Assembly: GCF_016127575.1 (NCBI RefSeq)
Contig: NZ_CP066018.1
Coordinates: forward strand, 3,270,001 to 3,302,000
Direction: 5' to 3'
DNA: 32,000 nucleotides
From: Cupriavidus necator
GTDB taxonomy: Bacteria > Pseudomonadota > Gammaproteobacteria > Burkholderiales > Burkholderiaceae
Of this stretch, positions 7,388 through 18,845 are shown piece by piece; within the stretch, counting starts at the first letter, position 1, and every line of letters starts with the position of its first letter. The translations under genes were made by a program, and so were the position numbers. The notes under the pieces were generated by a model, which was given only the letters and a program-made list of their open reading frames with translations, was not told the DNA's origin and did not search any database.

Positions 7388-8350
7388 ATGCAAAAAGGCC
7401 ATTCGATCTCAGACCGCATTGCGCGCAGCCTGCCGACGCTGACGCCGGCGCACCGCCGCATGGCGGAATACGTGCTGGCCAATCTGTTCCGCGCAGCGAC
7501 CATGCGCATCGACGAATTTGCCGCGGCGGTGGAGGTGTCGGTGGCCACGGCCAACCGCTTTGCGCGGGCGCTGGGGTTCGACGGCTATCCGCAGTTCCGG
7601 GCCGAGCTGGTGCGCGGCTTCGAGGCCACGCTGGCTCCGGTGGAGCGGCTGCGCAGCGAGCTGGAGCGGCCCGCGACCGCGGCCGAAGTCTTCGCCGCCT
7701 CGCTGGAAGATGCCGCGGCCAACGCGGAAGCCACGCGGCGCGGCATCGACCCGGAGGCCTGCGAGCGCGCGGTCTCGGCGATCCTGGCGGCGCAGCGTGT
7801 CTACGTGGCCGGTTTCGGCGCCAGCGGTTTCCTGGCGGGCCTGCTGCAGCACGGGCTGGAAATGCACTGCCGCATGGTGACCTCGGTGGCGGGCGCCGGC
7901 GGCGCCTCGCATGCGGCGCGGCAGCTGTTCAAGCAGCAGCCAAGCGACCTGCTGATCGTGATTGCCTTCCCGCGCTACGTCACGGACACCATCGAACTGG
8001 CCGAGCGGGCCAAGTCGCGCGGCGGCCAGGTGCTGGCGCTGACCGACGGGCCGACCTCGCCGCTGGCGCCGCTGGCCGATATCGCGCTCTACGCGCAGGC
8101 CGGCAACCGGCTCTCGGCCAACTCCGATGCCACCGTGCTGGCGCTGATCGAGGCGCTGTGCGGCGCGGTCGCGCACCGGGCCGAGCGCCCGGTCAAGGCC
8201 GCCGCCGAAATGACCGAATTCCTGCTGCCGTGGCTGTACGGCACGCCGGCCGCGGAGTCCGCGGGCCGTGCCGCGCCCGGCACCCCGCAGTCCACCGAAG
8301 CCACGGCTGGCGCCACGCGCGGCCGATCCTCCAACACCCGCAAGTCCTGA
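7388..8350 (+). CDS. MurR/RpiR-family transcriptional regulator (N-terminal HTH_6 plus C-terminal SIS sugar-phosphate-binding domain).
   Basis: HTH region: RIARSLPTLTPAHRRMAEYVLANL...RIDEFAAAVEVSVATANRFARALGFDGYPQFR. SIS region: VYVAGFGASGFLAGLL...DLLIVIAFPRYVTDTIELAERAKSRGGQVLALTD. A GTG at 7352 is an alternative start. The stop lies 9 nt before iaaA. Confidence 0.88.
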   Translation: MQKGHSISDRIARSLPTLTPAHRRMAEYVLANLFRAATMRIDEFAAAVEVSVATANRFARALGFDGYPQFRAELVRGFEATLAPVERLRSELERPATAAEVFAASLEDAAANAEATRRGIDPEACERAVSAILAAQRVYVAGFGASGFLAGLLQHGLEMHCRMVTSVAGAGGASHAARQLFKQQPSDLLIVIAFPRYVTDTIELAERAKSRGGQVLALTDGPTSPLAPLADIALYAQAGNRLSANSDATVLALIEALCGAVAHRAERPVKAAAEMTEFLLPWLYGTPAAESAGRAAPGTPQSTEATAGATRGRSSNTRKS

Positions 8351-8358
8351 GCATCCAC

Positions 8359-9333
8359 ATGCAACCAGCAGTCATTGCCATCCACGGCGGCGCCGGCACC
8401 ATCACCCGCGCGGCGATGGACGCCGCCCGCGAACGCGAATACATCGAAGCGCTGCAACACGTGCTGCAAGCCGGCCAGCGCATCCTGGCCGAGGGCGGCA
8501 GCGCGCTCGATGCGGTCACCGAGGCCGTGCGCCTGCTGGAAGAATGCCCGCTGTTCAACGCCGGCAAGGGCGCCGTGCTGACCCATGCCGGCACCTATGA
8601 GCTCGATGCCGCGGTGATGGACGGCGCCACGCTGGCAGCCGGCGCGGTGGCCTGCGTCACGCGCCTGCGCAACCCGGTGCTGGCCGCGCGCGCGGTGCTG
8701 GACCACAGCGAGCACGTGCTTTTTGCCGGCGCCGGCGCCGAGGCCTTTGCGCAGTCGCAGGGGCTGGAACTGGTGGGCCCGGACTACTACTTCACGCAGG
8801 CCCGCCATGACCAGTGGCAGCGTGCGCTTGGCAACGCCGGCATGGCGCTGCTGGATCACGATGGCGCTGCGCTGGTGGCGCAAGGCAAGACGCAGGCGAG
8901 CGACCCGATCGATCCGGACAGCAAGTTCGGTACCGTCGGCGCGGTGGCCTGCGACGGCCGCGGCAACCTGGCTGCGGCCACCTCCACCGGCGGCGTGACC
9001 AACAAGCAGGTGGGGCGCGTGGGCGATACCCCGGTGATCGGCGCGGGCTGCTATGCGGACGACGTGGCGGCAGTGTCTGCCACCGGCACCGGCGAGATGT
9101 TTATCCGCACCGTGGCCGCGCACGACGTGGCTGCCCAGATGCGCTATGCGGGCCTGTCGCTCGAGGAATCAGCGCGGCGCGTGGTGATGGAGAAGCTGCC
9201 GGCCATCAACGGCCGCGGCGGCCTGATCGCGGTGGACCGCGCCGGCAACGTCACGCTGCCTTTCAACACCGAAGGCATGTACCGCGGTTTCGCCCGGGTG
9301 GGCGAGGCCGTGAACGTGTCGATCTACGGCTGA
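8359..9333 (+). CDS. iaaA: Isoaspartyl (beta-aspartyl) peptidase / L-asparaginase; Ntn-hydrolase, plant-type asparaginase family.
   Basis: [15 protein letters not shown]...[10 protein letters not shown]...[22 protein letters not shown] (autoprocessing G|T site)...[12 protein letters not shown]. It sits directly upstream of gsiABCD-like genes, as in E. coli. The track ORF 7123-9333 is a 5' over-extension in the same frame. Confidence 0.92.
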   Translation: MQPAVIAIHGGAGTITRAAMDAAREREYIEALQHVLQAGQRILAEGGSALDAVTEAVRLLEECPLFNAGKGAVLTHAGTYELDAAVMDGATLAAGAVACVTRLRNPVLAARAVLDHSEHVLFAGAGAEAFAQSQGLELVGPDYYFTQARHDQWQRALGNAGMALLDHDGAALVAQGKTQASDPIDPDSKFGTVGAVACDGRGNLAAATSTGGVTNKQVGRVGDTPVIGAGCYADDVAAVSATGTGEMFIRTVAAHDVAAQMRYAGLSLEESARRVVMEKLPAINGRGGLIAVDRAGNVTLPFNTEGMYRGFARVGEAVNVSIYG

Positions 9334-9374
9334 GCGCCATCCCCCTGCATCACCCGGCAATACAAGGAGTTCCA

Positions 9375-11273
<1,899 letters not shown>

Positions 11274-11311
11274 AGTCCTGGAAGTCACCAAGTTACCAAG
11301 GAGAATCGACG

Positions 11312-12868
11312 ATGTCTGCACGTATGGTTTCGCCCCGATGGGTGGCCGGCGCCTTTGCCGCCGGCACGCTGGGCATGCTGGTTTCGGCCCCGGCTTTCGC
11401 CGCCAAGGATGCCGTGATGGCGGTGAGTTCGACCTTCACCTCGCTGGATCCGTACGATTCGAACGACACGCTGTCGCAGGCGGTTGGGAAGAGCTTCTAC
11501 CAGGGCCTGTTCGGCCTGGACAAGGATATGAAGCTGGTCAATGTGCTGGCAGACAGCTACGACGTCAGCAAGGACGGCCTGACGTATACGATCAAGCTGA
11601 AGAAGGGTATCAAGTTCCACGACGGCACCACCTTCGACGCCGGCGCCGTCAAGGCCAACCTGGACCGCGTCACCAACCCGGCCAACAAGCTCAAGCGCTA
11701 CACGCTGTTCAACCGTGTCGCCAAGACCGACGTGGTCGATGCCAATACCGTCAAGGTCACGCTGAAGGAGCCGTTCTCGCCGTTCATCAACGTGCTGGCG
11801 CACCCGTCGGCGGTGATGATCTCGCCGGCCGCGCTGCAGAAGTACGGCAAGGAAATCGCCTTCCACCCGGTCGGCACGGGCCCCTTCGAATTTGTCGAAT
11901 GGAAGCAGCCCGACCACCTGAAGGGCAAGAAATTCGCGGGCTTCTGGAAGACCGGCTACCCGAAAATCGACACTATCACCTGGAAGCCGGTGGTCGACAA
12001 CAACACCCGCGCCGCGATCATGCAGACCGGCGAGGCTGACTTTGCCTTCAGCATCCCGTTCGAGCAGGCCGCGGTGCTGAAGAACAGCGCCAAGGTGGAT
12101 CTGATCGCCTCGCCGTCGATCATCCAGCGCTACCTGTCGCTGAACACCATGGTCAAGCCGTTCAACGACCCCAAGGTGCGCCAGGCCATCAACTATGCCA
12201 TCAACAAGGACGCGCTGGCCAAGGTCGCCTTCGCTGGCTACGCGGTGCCGGCCGAAGGCGTGGTGCCGCCTGGCGTGGACTATGCCGAGAAGCTGGGCCC
12301 GTGGCCGTATGACCCGGCCAAGGCGCGCGCGCTGCTGAAGGAAGCCGGCTATCCGAACGGCTTCGAGACCACGCTGTGGTCGGCCTACAACCATACCACC
12401 GCGCAGAAGGTGATCCAGTTCGTGCAGCAGCAGCTGCAGCAGGTCGGCATCAAGGCCTCGGTGCAGGCGCTTGAGGCCGGCCAGCGCGTGGAGAAGGTCG
12501 AGAGCGTGCCCAAGCCGGAAGATGCCGGCGTGCGCATCTACTACGTGGGCTGGTCGTCGTCGACCGGTGAATCGGACTGGGCGCTGCGTCCGCTGCTGGC
12601 TTCGGAGTCGATGCCGCCCAAGCTGCTGAATACCGCGTACTACAAGAACGACCAGGTCGACGCCGATATCGCCGGCGCGCTGCGCACCACCGATCGTGGC
12701 GAAAAGGCGCGCCTGTACAAGGACGCCCAGGAACGCATCTGGAAGGATGCGCCGTGGGCCTTCCTGGTGACCGAGAAGGTGCTGTTCGCGCGCAGCAAGC
12801 GGCTGAGCGGCGCCTATGTGATGCCGGATGGATCGTTCAATTTCGAAGAGATCGATATCAAGCAGTAA
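11312..12868 (+). CDS. gsiB: Periplasmic family-5 substrate-binding protein (GsiB-like).
   Basis: Signal peptide [30 protein letters not shown]|AKD. Body typical of the SBP_bac_5 family (KFHDGTPF-like [20 protein letters not shown]). AAGGAG lies 8 nt upstream of the ATG. Confidence 0.9.
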   Translation: MSARMVSPRWVAGAFAAGTLGMLVSAPAFAAKDAVMAVSSTFTSLDPYDSNDTLSQAVGKSFYQGLFGLDKDMKLVNVLADSYDVSKDGLTYTIKLKKGIKFHDGTTFDAGAVKANLDRVTNPANKLKRYTLFNRVAKTDVVDANTVKVTLKEPFSPFINVLAHPSAVMISPAALQKYGKEIAFHPVGTGPFEFVEWKQPDHLKGKKFAGFWKTGYPKIDTITWKPVVDNNTRAAIMQTGEADFAFSIPFEQAAVLKNSAKVDLIASPSIIQRYLSLNTMVKPFNDPKVRQAINYAINKDALAKVAFAGYAVPAEGVVPPGVDYAEKLGPWPYDPAKARALLKEAGYPNGFETTLWSAYNHTTAQKVIQFVQQQLQQVGIKASVQALEAGQRVEKVESVPKPEDAGVRIYYVGWSSSTGESDWALRPLLASESMPPKLLNTAYYKNDQVDADIAGALRTTDRGEKARLYKDAQERIWKDAPWAFLVTEKVLFARSKRLSGAYVMPDGSFNFEEIDIKQ

Positions 12869-12919
12869 TGGGTGAGGCGAGGGCCGGGACTTCGTGGAAG
12901 CTCCTGCCCTGTCCCCCGG

Positions 12920-12945
12920 CCCCTCTCCCGCAAGCGGGAGAGGGG
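12920..12945. repeat. REP-like perfect palindrome (12-bp arms, 2-nt centre) in the gsiB-gsiC spacer.
   Basis: CCCCTCTCCCGC aa GCGGGAGAGGGG, read directly from the sequence. It is flanked by an imperfect second hairpin (GGGCCGGGAC...GTCCCCCGGCCC, about 12883-12923). The sequence type resembles the GC-rich extragenic palindromes common in beta-proteobacteria. Confidence 0.6.
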
Positions 12946-13089
12946 AGCAAACAACGGGTGCCGGCTGTAATCCCATCCAAAGAGCAGTAAGCAGTAAAGC
13001 AGTACGCCGAGGTGGCCGCCTTGCCCGCGTCGCGGGGTCGCAGGCGGGCGGCCTGCGGCCTCTGCTGCTGCATTTCTTTCTGGTGTGTC

Positions 13090-14010
13090 ATGCTGAATTA
13101 CTTCCTCAAACGTGTGCTGGGCGTGATCCCCACGCTGCTGATCGTGGCAGTGCTGGTGTTCCTGTTCGTCCACCTGCTGCCGGGCGATCCGGCGCGGCTG
13201 GCGGCGGGCCCGGAGGCCGATTCCGCCACCGTCGAACTGGTGCGCAAGGACCTGGGCCTGGACCGGCCGATGCACGAGCAGTTCGTCAACTTCTTTTCCA
13301 ATGCGGTCCGCGGCGAGTTCGGCCATTCGCTGCGCACCAAGCGCCCGGTCAGCGAGGAGATCGGCGACCGCTTCATGCCCACGCTGCTGCTGACGGTGGC
13401 GTCGATGGCCTGGGCGGTGGTGTTCGGCATGGCGATCGGCATCGGCTCGGCCGTATGGCGCAACCGCTGGCCGGACCGGTTCGGCATGACGCTGGCGGTG
13501 TCGGGCATTTCGTTCCCGGCCTTTGCGCTGGGCATGCTGCTGATGGAAGTGTTCTCGGTGCAGCTGGGCTGGCTGCCGTCGATCGGCGCCGACAGCTGGA
13601 AGCACTACGTGTTGCCGTCGATCACGCTGGGCGCGGCGGTGGCCGCGGTGATGGCGCGCTTTACGCGGGCCTCGTTCGTCGAGGTGCTGCAAGAAGATTT
13701 CATCCGCACCGCCCGTGCCAAGGGCGTGCGCGAGACGCTGGTGGTGGCCAAGCACGGCCTGCGCAACGCCATGATCCCGGTGGTGACGATGATGGGCCTG
13801 CAGTTCGGCTTCCTGCTGGGCGGCTCGATCGTGGTGGAAAAGGTGTTCAACTGGCCGGGCCTGGGGCGCCTGCTGGTCGATGCCGTCGAGATGCGCGACT
13901 ACCCGGTGATCCAGGCCGAGGTGCTGCTGTTCTCGCTCGAATTCATCCTGATCAACCTGGTGGTGGACATGCTCTACACCGTGATCAACCCAACCATCCG
14001 CTACAAGTGA
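13090..14010 (+). CDS. gsiC: ABC importer permease (GsiC/DppB-like).
   Basis: [35 protein letters not shown] is the canonical N-terminus of this permease family. The EAA-type loop is [20 protein letters not shown]. At 306 aa it matches the length I recall for E. coli GsiC. Confidence 0.9.
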   Translation: MLNYFLKRVLGVIPTLLIVAVLVFLFVHLLPGDPARLAAGPEADSATVELVRKDLGLDRPMHEQFVNFFSNAVRGEFGHSLRTKRPVSEEIGDRFMPTLLLTVASMAWAVVFGMAIGIGSAVWRNRWPDRFGMTLAVSGISFPAFALGMLLMEVFSVQLGWLPSIGADSWKHYVLPSITLGAAVAAVMARFTRASFVEVLQEDFIRTARAKGVRETLVVAKHGLRNAMIPVVTMMGLQFGFLLGGSIVVEKVFNWPGLGRLLVDAVEMRDYPVIQAEVLLFSLEFILINLVVDMLYTVINPTIRYK

Positions 14011-14017
14011 GGCCGGC

Positions 14018-14932
14018 ATGACTGAGCTTTCCACGCCCGCCGCAGCGCAAGCGGCACCCGCCACCGCCTCCGTGCCGGAGGCCGTGCGCACGCCCTGGAC
14101 CGAGTTCTGGCGCAAATTCCGCAAGCAGCACCTGGCGCTGGGCGCCGGTGCCTTCGTGCTGGTGCTGGTGGTGATTGCCATCGTGGCGCCGCAGATCGTG
14201 CCGTACGACCCGGAGAACTACTTCGACTACGACGCGCTCAACGCCGGCCCGTCGGCCGCGCACTGGATGGGCGTCGATTCGCTCGGACGCGACATCTTCA
14301 GCCGCATCCTGGCCGGCGCGCGCATCTCGCTGGCGGCGGGTTTCCTGTCGGTGATCATCGGCGCGCTGATCGGCACCGTGCTGGGCCTGCTGGCGGGCTA
14401 CTACGAAGGCTGGTGGGACCGCATCGTGATGCGCATTTCCGACGTGCTCTTCGCCTTCCCGGGCATCCTGCTGGCGATCGGCATCGTGGCCATCCTCGGC
14501 AACGGCATGACCAACGTGATCTTCGCCGTGGCCATCTTCAGCATCCCGGCGTTTGCACGGCTGGTGCGGGGCAATACGCTTATGCTCAAGCGGTTGACCT
14601 ATATCGAGGCGGCGCGCAGCATCGGCGCGTCGGACTGGACCATCCTGATGCGGCATATCCTGCCGGGCACGGTGTCGTCGATCGTGGTGTATTTCTCGAT
14701 GCGTATCGGCACCTCGATCATCACCGCGGCCAGCCTGTCGTTCCTGGGGCTGGGCGCGCAGCCGCCCACGCCGGAATGGGGCGCGATGCTCAACGAAGCC
14801 CGCGCCGACATGGTGACCGCGCCGCACGTGGCGATTTTCCCCAGCCTGGCGATCTTCCTGACCGTGCTGGCCTTCAACCTGCTGGGCGACGGCCTGCGCG
14901 ACGCGCTTGACCCCAAGATCGACCGCCGTTGA
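14018..14932 (+). CDS. gsiD: ABC importer permease (GsiD/DppC-like).
   Basis: [24 protein letters not shown]...[22 protein letters not shown]...[12 protein letters not shown]. It begins 7 nt after gsiC. Confidence 0.9.
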   Translation: MTELSTPAAAQAAPATASVPEAVRTPWTEFWRKFRKQHLALGAGAFVLVLVVIAIVAPQIVPYDPENYFDYDALNAGPSAAHWMGVDSLGRDIFSRILAGARISLAAGFLSVIIGALIGTVLGLLAGYYEGWWDRIVMRISDVLFAFPGILLAIGIVAILGNGMTNVIFAVAIFSIPAFARLVRGNTLMLKRLTYIEAARSIGASDWTILMRHILPGTVSSIVVYFSMRIGTSIITAASLSFLGLGAQPPTPEWGAMLNEARADMVTAPHVAIFPSLAIFLTVLAFNLLGDGLRDALDPKIDRR

Positions 14933-14948
14933 ACCTGAGCCGCTGAAC

Positions 14949-15995
14949 ATGACCGCATCGACAACGGGCGTGCCGCGTGTCGGCAGCCTGCCGGCAGGTC
15001 CGCTGGACAGCATCGCCGACGTCGCCGGCGTGACCGTCGGCCATTGCACGCTGGCGGACGGCGCCGTGCAGACCGGCGTCACCGTGATCCGTCCGCATGG
15101 CGGCGATCCGTACCGCGACAAGGTGCCCGCCGCGGCCACGGTGCTCAACGGCTTTGGCAAGAGCATCGGGCTGGTGCAGGTGGACGAACTGGGCGTGCTG
15201 GAAACCCCGCTGGCGCTGACCAATACCTTTTCGGTCGGCGCGGTCGCGCAGGCGCAGATCCGTGCGGCGGTGGCGGCCAATCCGGAGATCGGCCGCGCGC
15301 TGCCGACCGTCAATGCGCTGGTGTTCGAGTGCAATGACGGCTACCTGAACGATATCCAGCGCATGGCGGTGGAGGGCAGCCACTATGAGGCGGCCCTGGC
15401 CGGTGCCGGTCATGACGTCGCGCAGGGAGCGGTCGGTGCCGGACGCGGCATGTCGGCATTCGGCGTCAAGGGTGGTATCGGCACTGCTTCACGCCTGGCC
15501 GGTGGCTATCGCGTGGGCGCGCTGGTGCTGGCCAATTTCGGCACGCCGGAATCGTTGACCGTGGCCGGCCGGCTGGCCGGTCCGGAACTGGTGCAGCGCC
15601 TGGCGCAGCCCGACACCGCGGCGCAACCGGAAAAGGGATCGATCATCATGATCCTCGCCACCGACGCCCCGCTGGATGCGCGCCAGCTGCGCCGGCTGTC
15701 GCTGCGCGCCGGCGCCGGGCTGGCGCGTACTGGCTCGGTGTTCGGGCATGGCTCGGGCGATATCGCAGTCGCGTTCTCGAGCGCGTATACCGTGCCGCAC
15801 GACACCGCCCGGCCGATGCCGGCCGTCGCCATGCTGCATGAAACCCATCTCGACCCGCTGTTCCGCGCCGCGGCCGACAGCGTCGAGCAAGCCATCCTGC
15901 ATGCCCTGTGGCATGCCGCACCGGTGCAGGGCCGCGACGGCCACGGCCGGCGCGCACTGCTGGACGTGATGCCCGAACTGGGCCAAACCGCCTGA
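14949..15995 (+). CDS. P1/S58-family peptidase (DmpA/BapA-like L-aminopeptidase / beta-aminopeptidase).
   Basis: SIADVAGVTVGHCTL...TGVTVI...NALVFECNDGYLNDI...GAVGAGRGMSAFGVKGGIGTAS...SIIMILATDAPLD...HGSGDIAVAFS. This is the characteristic S58 Ntn-type layout. It begins 16 nt after gsiD. Confidence 0.85.
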   Translation: MTASTTGVPRVGSLPAGPLDSIADVAGVTVGHCTLADGAVQTGVTVIRPHGGDPYRDKVPAAATVLNGFGKSIGLVQVDELGVLETPLALTNTFSVGAVAQAQIRAAVAANPEIGRALPTVNALVFECNDGYLNDIQRMAVEGSHYEAALAGAGHDVAQGAVGAGRGMSAFGVKGGIGTASRLAGGYRVGALVLANFGTPESLTVAGRLAGPELVQRLAQPDTAAQPEKGSIIMILATDAPLDARQLRRLSLRAGAGLARTGSVFGHGSGDIAVAFSSAYTVPHDTARPMPAVAMLHETHLDPLFRAAADSVEQAILHALWHAAPVQGRDGHGRRALLDVMPELGQTA

Positions 15996-16813
15996 TGAAG
16001 ATCCTTGTTTCCACCGATATCGAAGGCGTGGCTGGCGTCTTCCACGCCGAACAGACGCGCCCCGGCAACGGCGAATACGAACGCGCCCGCGCCTGGATGA
16101 CCGGCGAAGCCAATGCCGCGGTCGATGGTGCCTTTGCCGGCGGCGCGACTGAAGTACTGGTCAACGATTCGCACGGCGGCTTCCGCAACCTGCTGCCGGA
16201 CCAGTTCGATCCGCGCGCGCGGGTGGTGCTTGGCAAGCCGCGCTACCTTGGCATGATGGCCGGCGTCGAGGCCGGAGTCGACGGCGTGCTGATGATCGGC
16301 TACCACGGCCGCGCCCAGAGCCGCGGCGTGCTGGCGCACACCATCAACAGCGGCGCGTTTGCGCGGGTCTGGCTCAACGGCAAGGAACTGGGCGAGGCGG
16401 GCCTGTACGCCGCGCTGGCCGGCGAGTTCGGCGCTCCGGTGCTGATGGCCAGCGGCGACGATGTCTTCGTGCAGGAAACCCATGCGCTGATGCCGTGGGT
16501 GCGCTATGTCGAGACCAAGTCAGCGGACGGCTTCGGCAGCGGCACCTCGCTGTCGCCGGCGGCGGCGCGCGAGGCCATTGCCGCGGCGGCCGCAACCGCG
16601 GTGCGCGAACGCGCGCAGGCGCAATGCCTGCGCATCGCCGCGCCGGTGACTTGCACCCTGCAGACCCTGACGCCCGCGCACGCGGACCTGTTCTGCCAGT
16701 GGCCGGCGCTGGAGCGCCGCGACGGCGTGACGCTGTCCTTCCAGGCCGATTCGGTCCAGGCGGCGGTGCGCATGCTGAACTGCCTGTCGGCGATGTCGTT
16801 CATGCTGAAGTAG
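15995..16813 (+). CDS. dppA: M55-family D-aminopeptidase (DppA-like).
   Basis: MKILVSTDIEGVAGV...VLVNDSHGGFRNL...MIGYHGRAQSRGVLAHT. These are the M55 metal-ligand regions. The start overlaps the previous stop (TGATG). Confidence 0.85.
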   Translation: MKILVSTDIEGVAGVFHAEQTRPGNGEYERARAWMTGEANAAVDGAFAGGATEVLVNDSHGGFRNLLPDQFDPRARVVLGKPRYLGMMAGVEAGVDGVLMIGYHGRAQSRGVLAHTINSGAFARVWLNGKELGEAGLYAALAGEFGAPVLMASGDDVFVQETHALMPWVRYVETKSADGFGSGTSLSPAAAREAIAAAAATAVRERAQAQCLRIAAPVTCTLQTLTPAHADLFCQWPALERRDGVTLSFQADSVQAAVRMLNCLSAMSFMLK

Positions 16814-16892
16814 GGCAGGGCAGATTCGCCGGGACGAGCGCGCAGATCGGCGACAATGGCGGGTCTAGCAATTCAGGTATGAGCCGCAACGC

Positions 16893-17657
16893 ATGACCCA
16901 GGCACACGACGGGGGCTGGATCCCCGTGCGCAAGGACTTCGTCGACCCCGCCACGCGCTGCCATGCGCGGGGCGCGAGCCGCCGCCACCATGGCTTTCCG
17001 ACCGGGCAGGCTTATATCCTGCGCGACGCCGCAGGGCATGAATACCCCTTTGGCGACGACTGCGCGCGTGCCGCGGTGCCGCATCCGGGCCTGCTGCTGC
17101 AGGTGCCGGACTACACCGAGCGCGATGTGGTGCCGCGCACGGCCTTGCCCGAGGTGGCGCCCCCGGCCCGCCGGCGCGATCCCGCCCAGGCGCAGGCCGC
17201 CGAGCGCGCCGCCGCGATCCGCTACCTGGTGCTGCGCATGGAGAAGGTGGCCGCGGTGCCGCGCGTGCAGCCGACAGTGCGTTTCCCGGCGCTTGAGGGC
17301 GTCTACGAGCAGTACCAGCGCACTTGCGACATCGGCATGGCGCAAGTGCGCCGCATCCTGGCGATCGAGCGCAGCCCGTCCACCCCGCCGCGGCTGCGCG
17401 CCACCAACCTGCTGGACGTCTATACCGCGCATATCAAGCTGGAATGGCTGATCGCGGGGTCCAACAGCGTCGACAACATCCGCTTCCTGCGCAGTCTGCA
17501 CGACTGGCTGGCCCGTCACCTGGTGCTGACCGCCGGCCAGCTGGCCGCGGCCGGGATCGAGATGCATCCGCAGGCGTTCACCGCGCCCGGCATCTGGGGG
17601 CCGGGGACAGAGCCCGCGCCGGCATCGCCCGGGTACGCATCCGGATCGCTGTTTTAG
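16893..17657 (+). CDS. Hypothetical protein, 254 aa; no family recognised.
   Basis: Strong GC3 codon bias typical of the host. Clean ATG start 80 nt after dppA. The antisense ORF 16800-17567 has an Arg/Ala/Gly-rich artefact composition. No motif I can name. Confidence 0.6.
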   Translation: MTQAHDGGWIPVRKDFVDPATRCHARGASRRHHGFPTGQAYILRDAAGHEYPFGDDCARAAVPHPGLLLQVPDYTERDVVPRTALPEVAPPARRRDPAQAQAAERAAAIRYLVLRMEKVAAVPRVQPTVRFPALEGVYEQYQRTCDIGMAQVRRILAIERSPSTPPRLRATNLLDVYTAHIKLEWLIAGSNSVDNIRFLRSLHDWLARHLVLTAGQLAAAGIEMHPQAFTAPGIWGPGTEPAPASPGYASGSLF

Positions 17658-17720
17658 CTGCGGGTGGCAAGACCTGCGGATTTGGCGTCTAATGCCTGCA
17701 TCGCATCAGCCGGTCACGCC

Positions 17721-18791
17721 ATGAGCCATTTTTCTCGCAGCTACGCCGAAGCCCGCCAGAAGTTCCTTGACGCCGCGCGCACGGCCGGGGCCGCGCTGGC
17801 CCAGTTCCCGCACCCCACCAAGCGCGGCAGTGCCGGCGAGGACCTCGCCATCGACGTGGCGCTGGCCGGTCCGGCCGAGGCCCGCCGCTGCCTGATGGTG
17901 ACCTCGGGCACGCACGGCGCCGAAGGCTTTGCCGGATCCGGCGCGCAGGTGACAATGCTGCACGACGCCGCGCTGCTTGCCGATTGCGCCGCCGCCGACA
18001 CCAGCCTGCTGCTGGTGCATGCGATCAATCCCTACGGTTTTTCCCACCTGCGCCGGGTCAACGAGGACAACGTCGACCTGAACCGCAATTTCATGGACTT
18101 CACCCAGCCGCTGCCGTACAACGAGGCCTATGCCGAGATCGCGCCGCTGCTGGTGCCGGCGCAATGGCCGCCGTCCGACACCGACCAGGCGCAACTGATG
18201 AAGGCCGTTGCCGAGCGCGGCATGCCGTGGTACCAGGCCGCGGTCAGCCGCGGCCAGTACCAGGACCCGGGCGGCATGTTCTACGGCGGCGACAAGGCTG
18301 CCTGGAGCAACTACACGCTGTGCCGCATCCTGGCGCGCTTCGGCGCCGGGCGCGAGGCGCTGCGCTGGATCGACGTCCATACCGGACTTGGCCCCTGGGG
18401 CTACGGCGAGCCCATCCACATGGGCCCGGACACGCCGGAATCGCTCACGCGCACGCGCGCGATCTGGGGCGCGCGGGTAACCTCGATCTACGATGGCTCG
18501 TCGACCTCGGCCAACCTCACCGGCCTGGCCTGGCACGCGGTGCTGCAGACCCTGCCCACCATCGACTACGCCGGCATCGCGCTTGAGTTCGGCACGCTGC
18601 CGGTGGGCGAGGTGCTGGACGCGCTGCGCGGCGACCACTGGCTGCACCAGCACCCGGAAGCCGACGAAAACCAGCGCGCGCTGGTCCGCCAGGCGATGTG
18701 GCGTGCCTTCTATGGCGATACCGACGACTGGCGCGAGGGCGTGGTGGCGCAGGTGACCGACGCAGTGCGGGACACCATTGCCTCGGCCTAG
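17721..18791 (+). CDS. DUF2817 / M14-like zinc carboxypeptidase-fold protein.
   Basis: MSHFSRSYAEARQKFL...MVTSGTHGAEGFAGSG (HxxE zinc motif)...LVHAINPYGFSHLRRVNEDNVDLNRNF...IDVHTGLG. I prefer the internal ATG at 17721 to the track start 17664. Confidence 0.78.
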   Translation: MSHFSRSYAEARQKFLDAARTAGAALAQFPHPTKRGSAGEDLAIDVALAGPAEARRCLMVTSGTHGAEGFAGSGAQVTMLHDAALLADCAAADTSLLLVHAINPYGFSHLRRVNEDNVDLNRNFMDFTQPLPYNEAYAEIAPLLVPAQWPPSDTDQAQLMKAVAERGMPWYQAAVSRGQYQDPGGMFYGGDKAAWSNYTLCRILARFGAGREALRWIDVHTGLGPWGYGEPIHMGPDTPESLTRTRAIWGARVTSIYDGSSTSANLTGLAWHAVLQTLPTIDYAGIALEFGTLPVGEVLDALRGDHWLHQHPEADENQRALVRQAMWRAFYGDTDDWREGVVAQVTDAVRDTIASA

Positions 18792-18833
18792 CCGGCTCTG
18801 GCCGCAAGCGCCTTCTGGTAATGTCTCGACGTT

Positions 18834-18845
18834 GGCGGTAGAGTG
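18834..18845 (+). promoter_or_regulatory. ops-like element (GGCGGTAGAGTG) in the leader of the lipid operon.
   Basis: Exact match to the RfaH-recruiting ops consensus GGCGGTAGnnTG. It is on the non-template (sense) strand, 181 nt upstream of the 19026 start codon, in an otherwise non-coding 234-nt gap. Confidence 0.3.

Noticed and set aside
7123-9333. A 736-aa ORF that appears to span the regulator and iaaA.
   Set aside because: Its first ~410 aa are low-complexity read-through in an alternative frame of the RpiR-type gene. Only the last 324 codons (from the ATG at 8359) match the isoaspartyl peptidase family. The same kind of 5' over-extension affects 8814-11273, 22872-24821, 2495-3724, 25806-27386, 29851-30930, 19525-21426 and 5169-7250.
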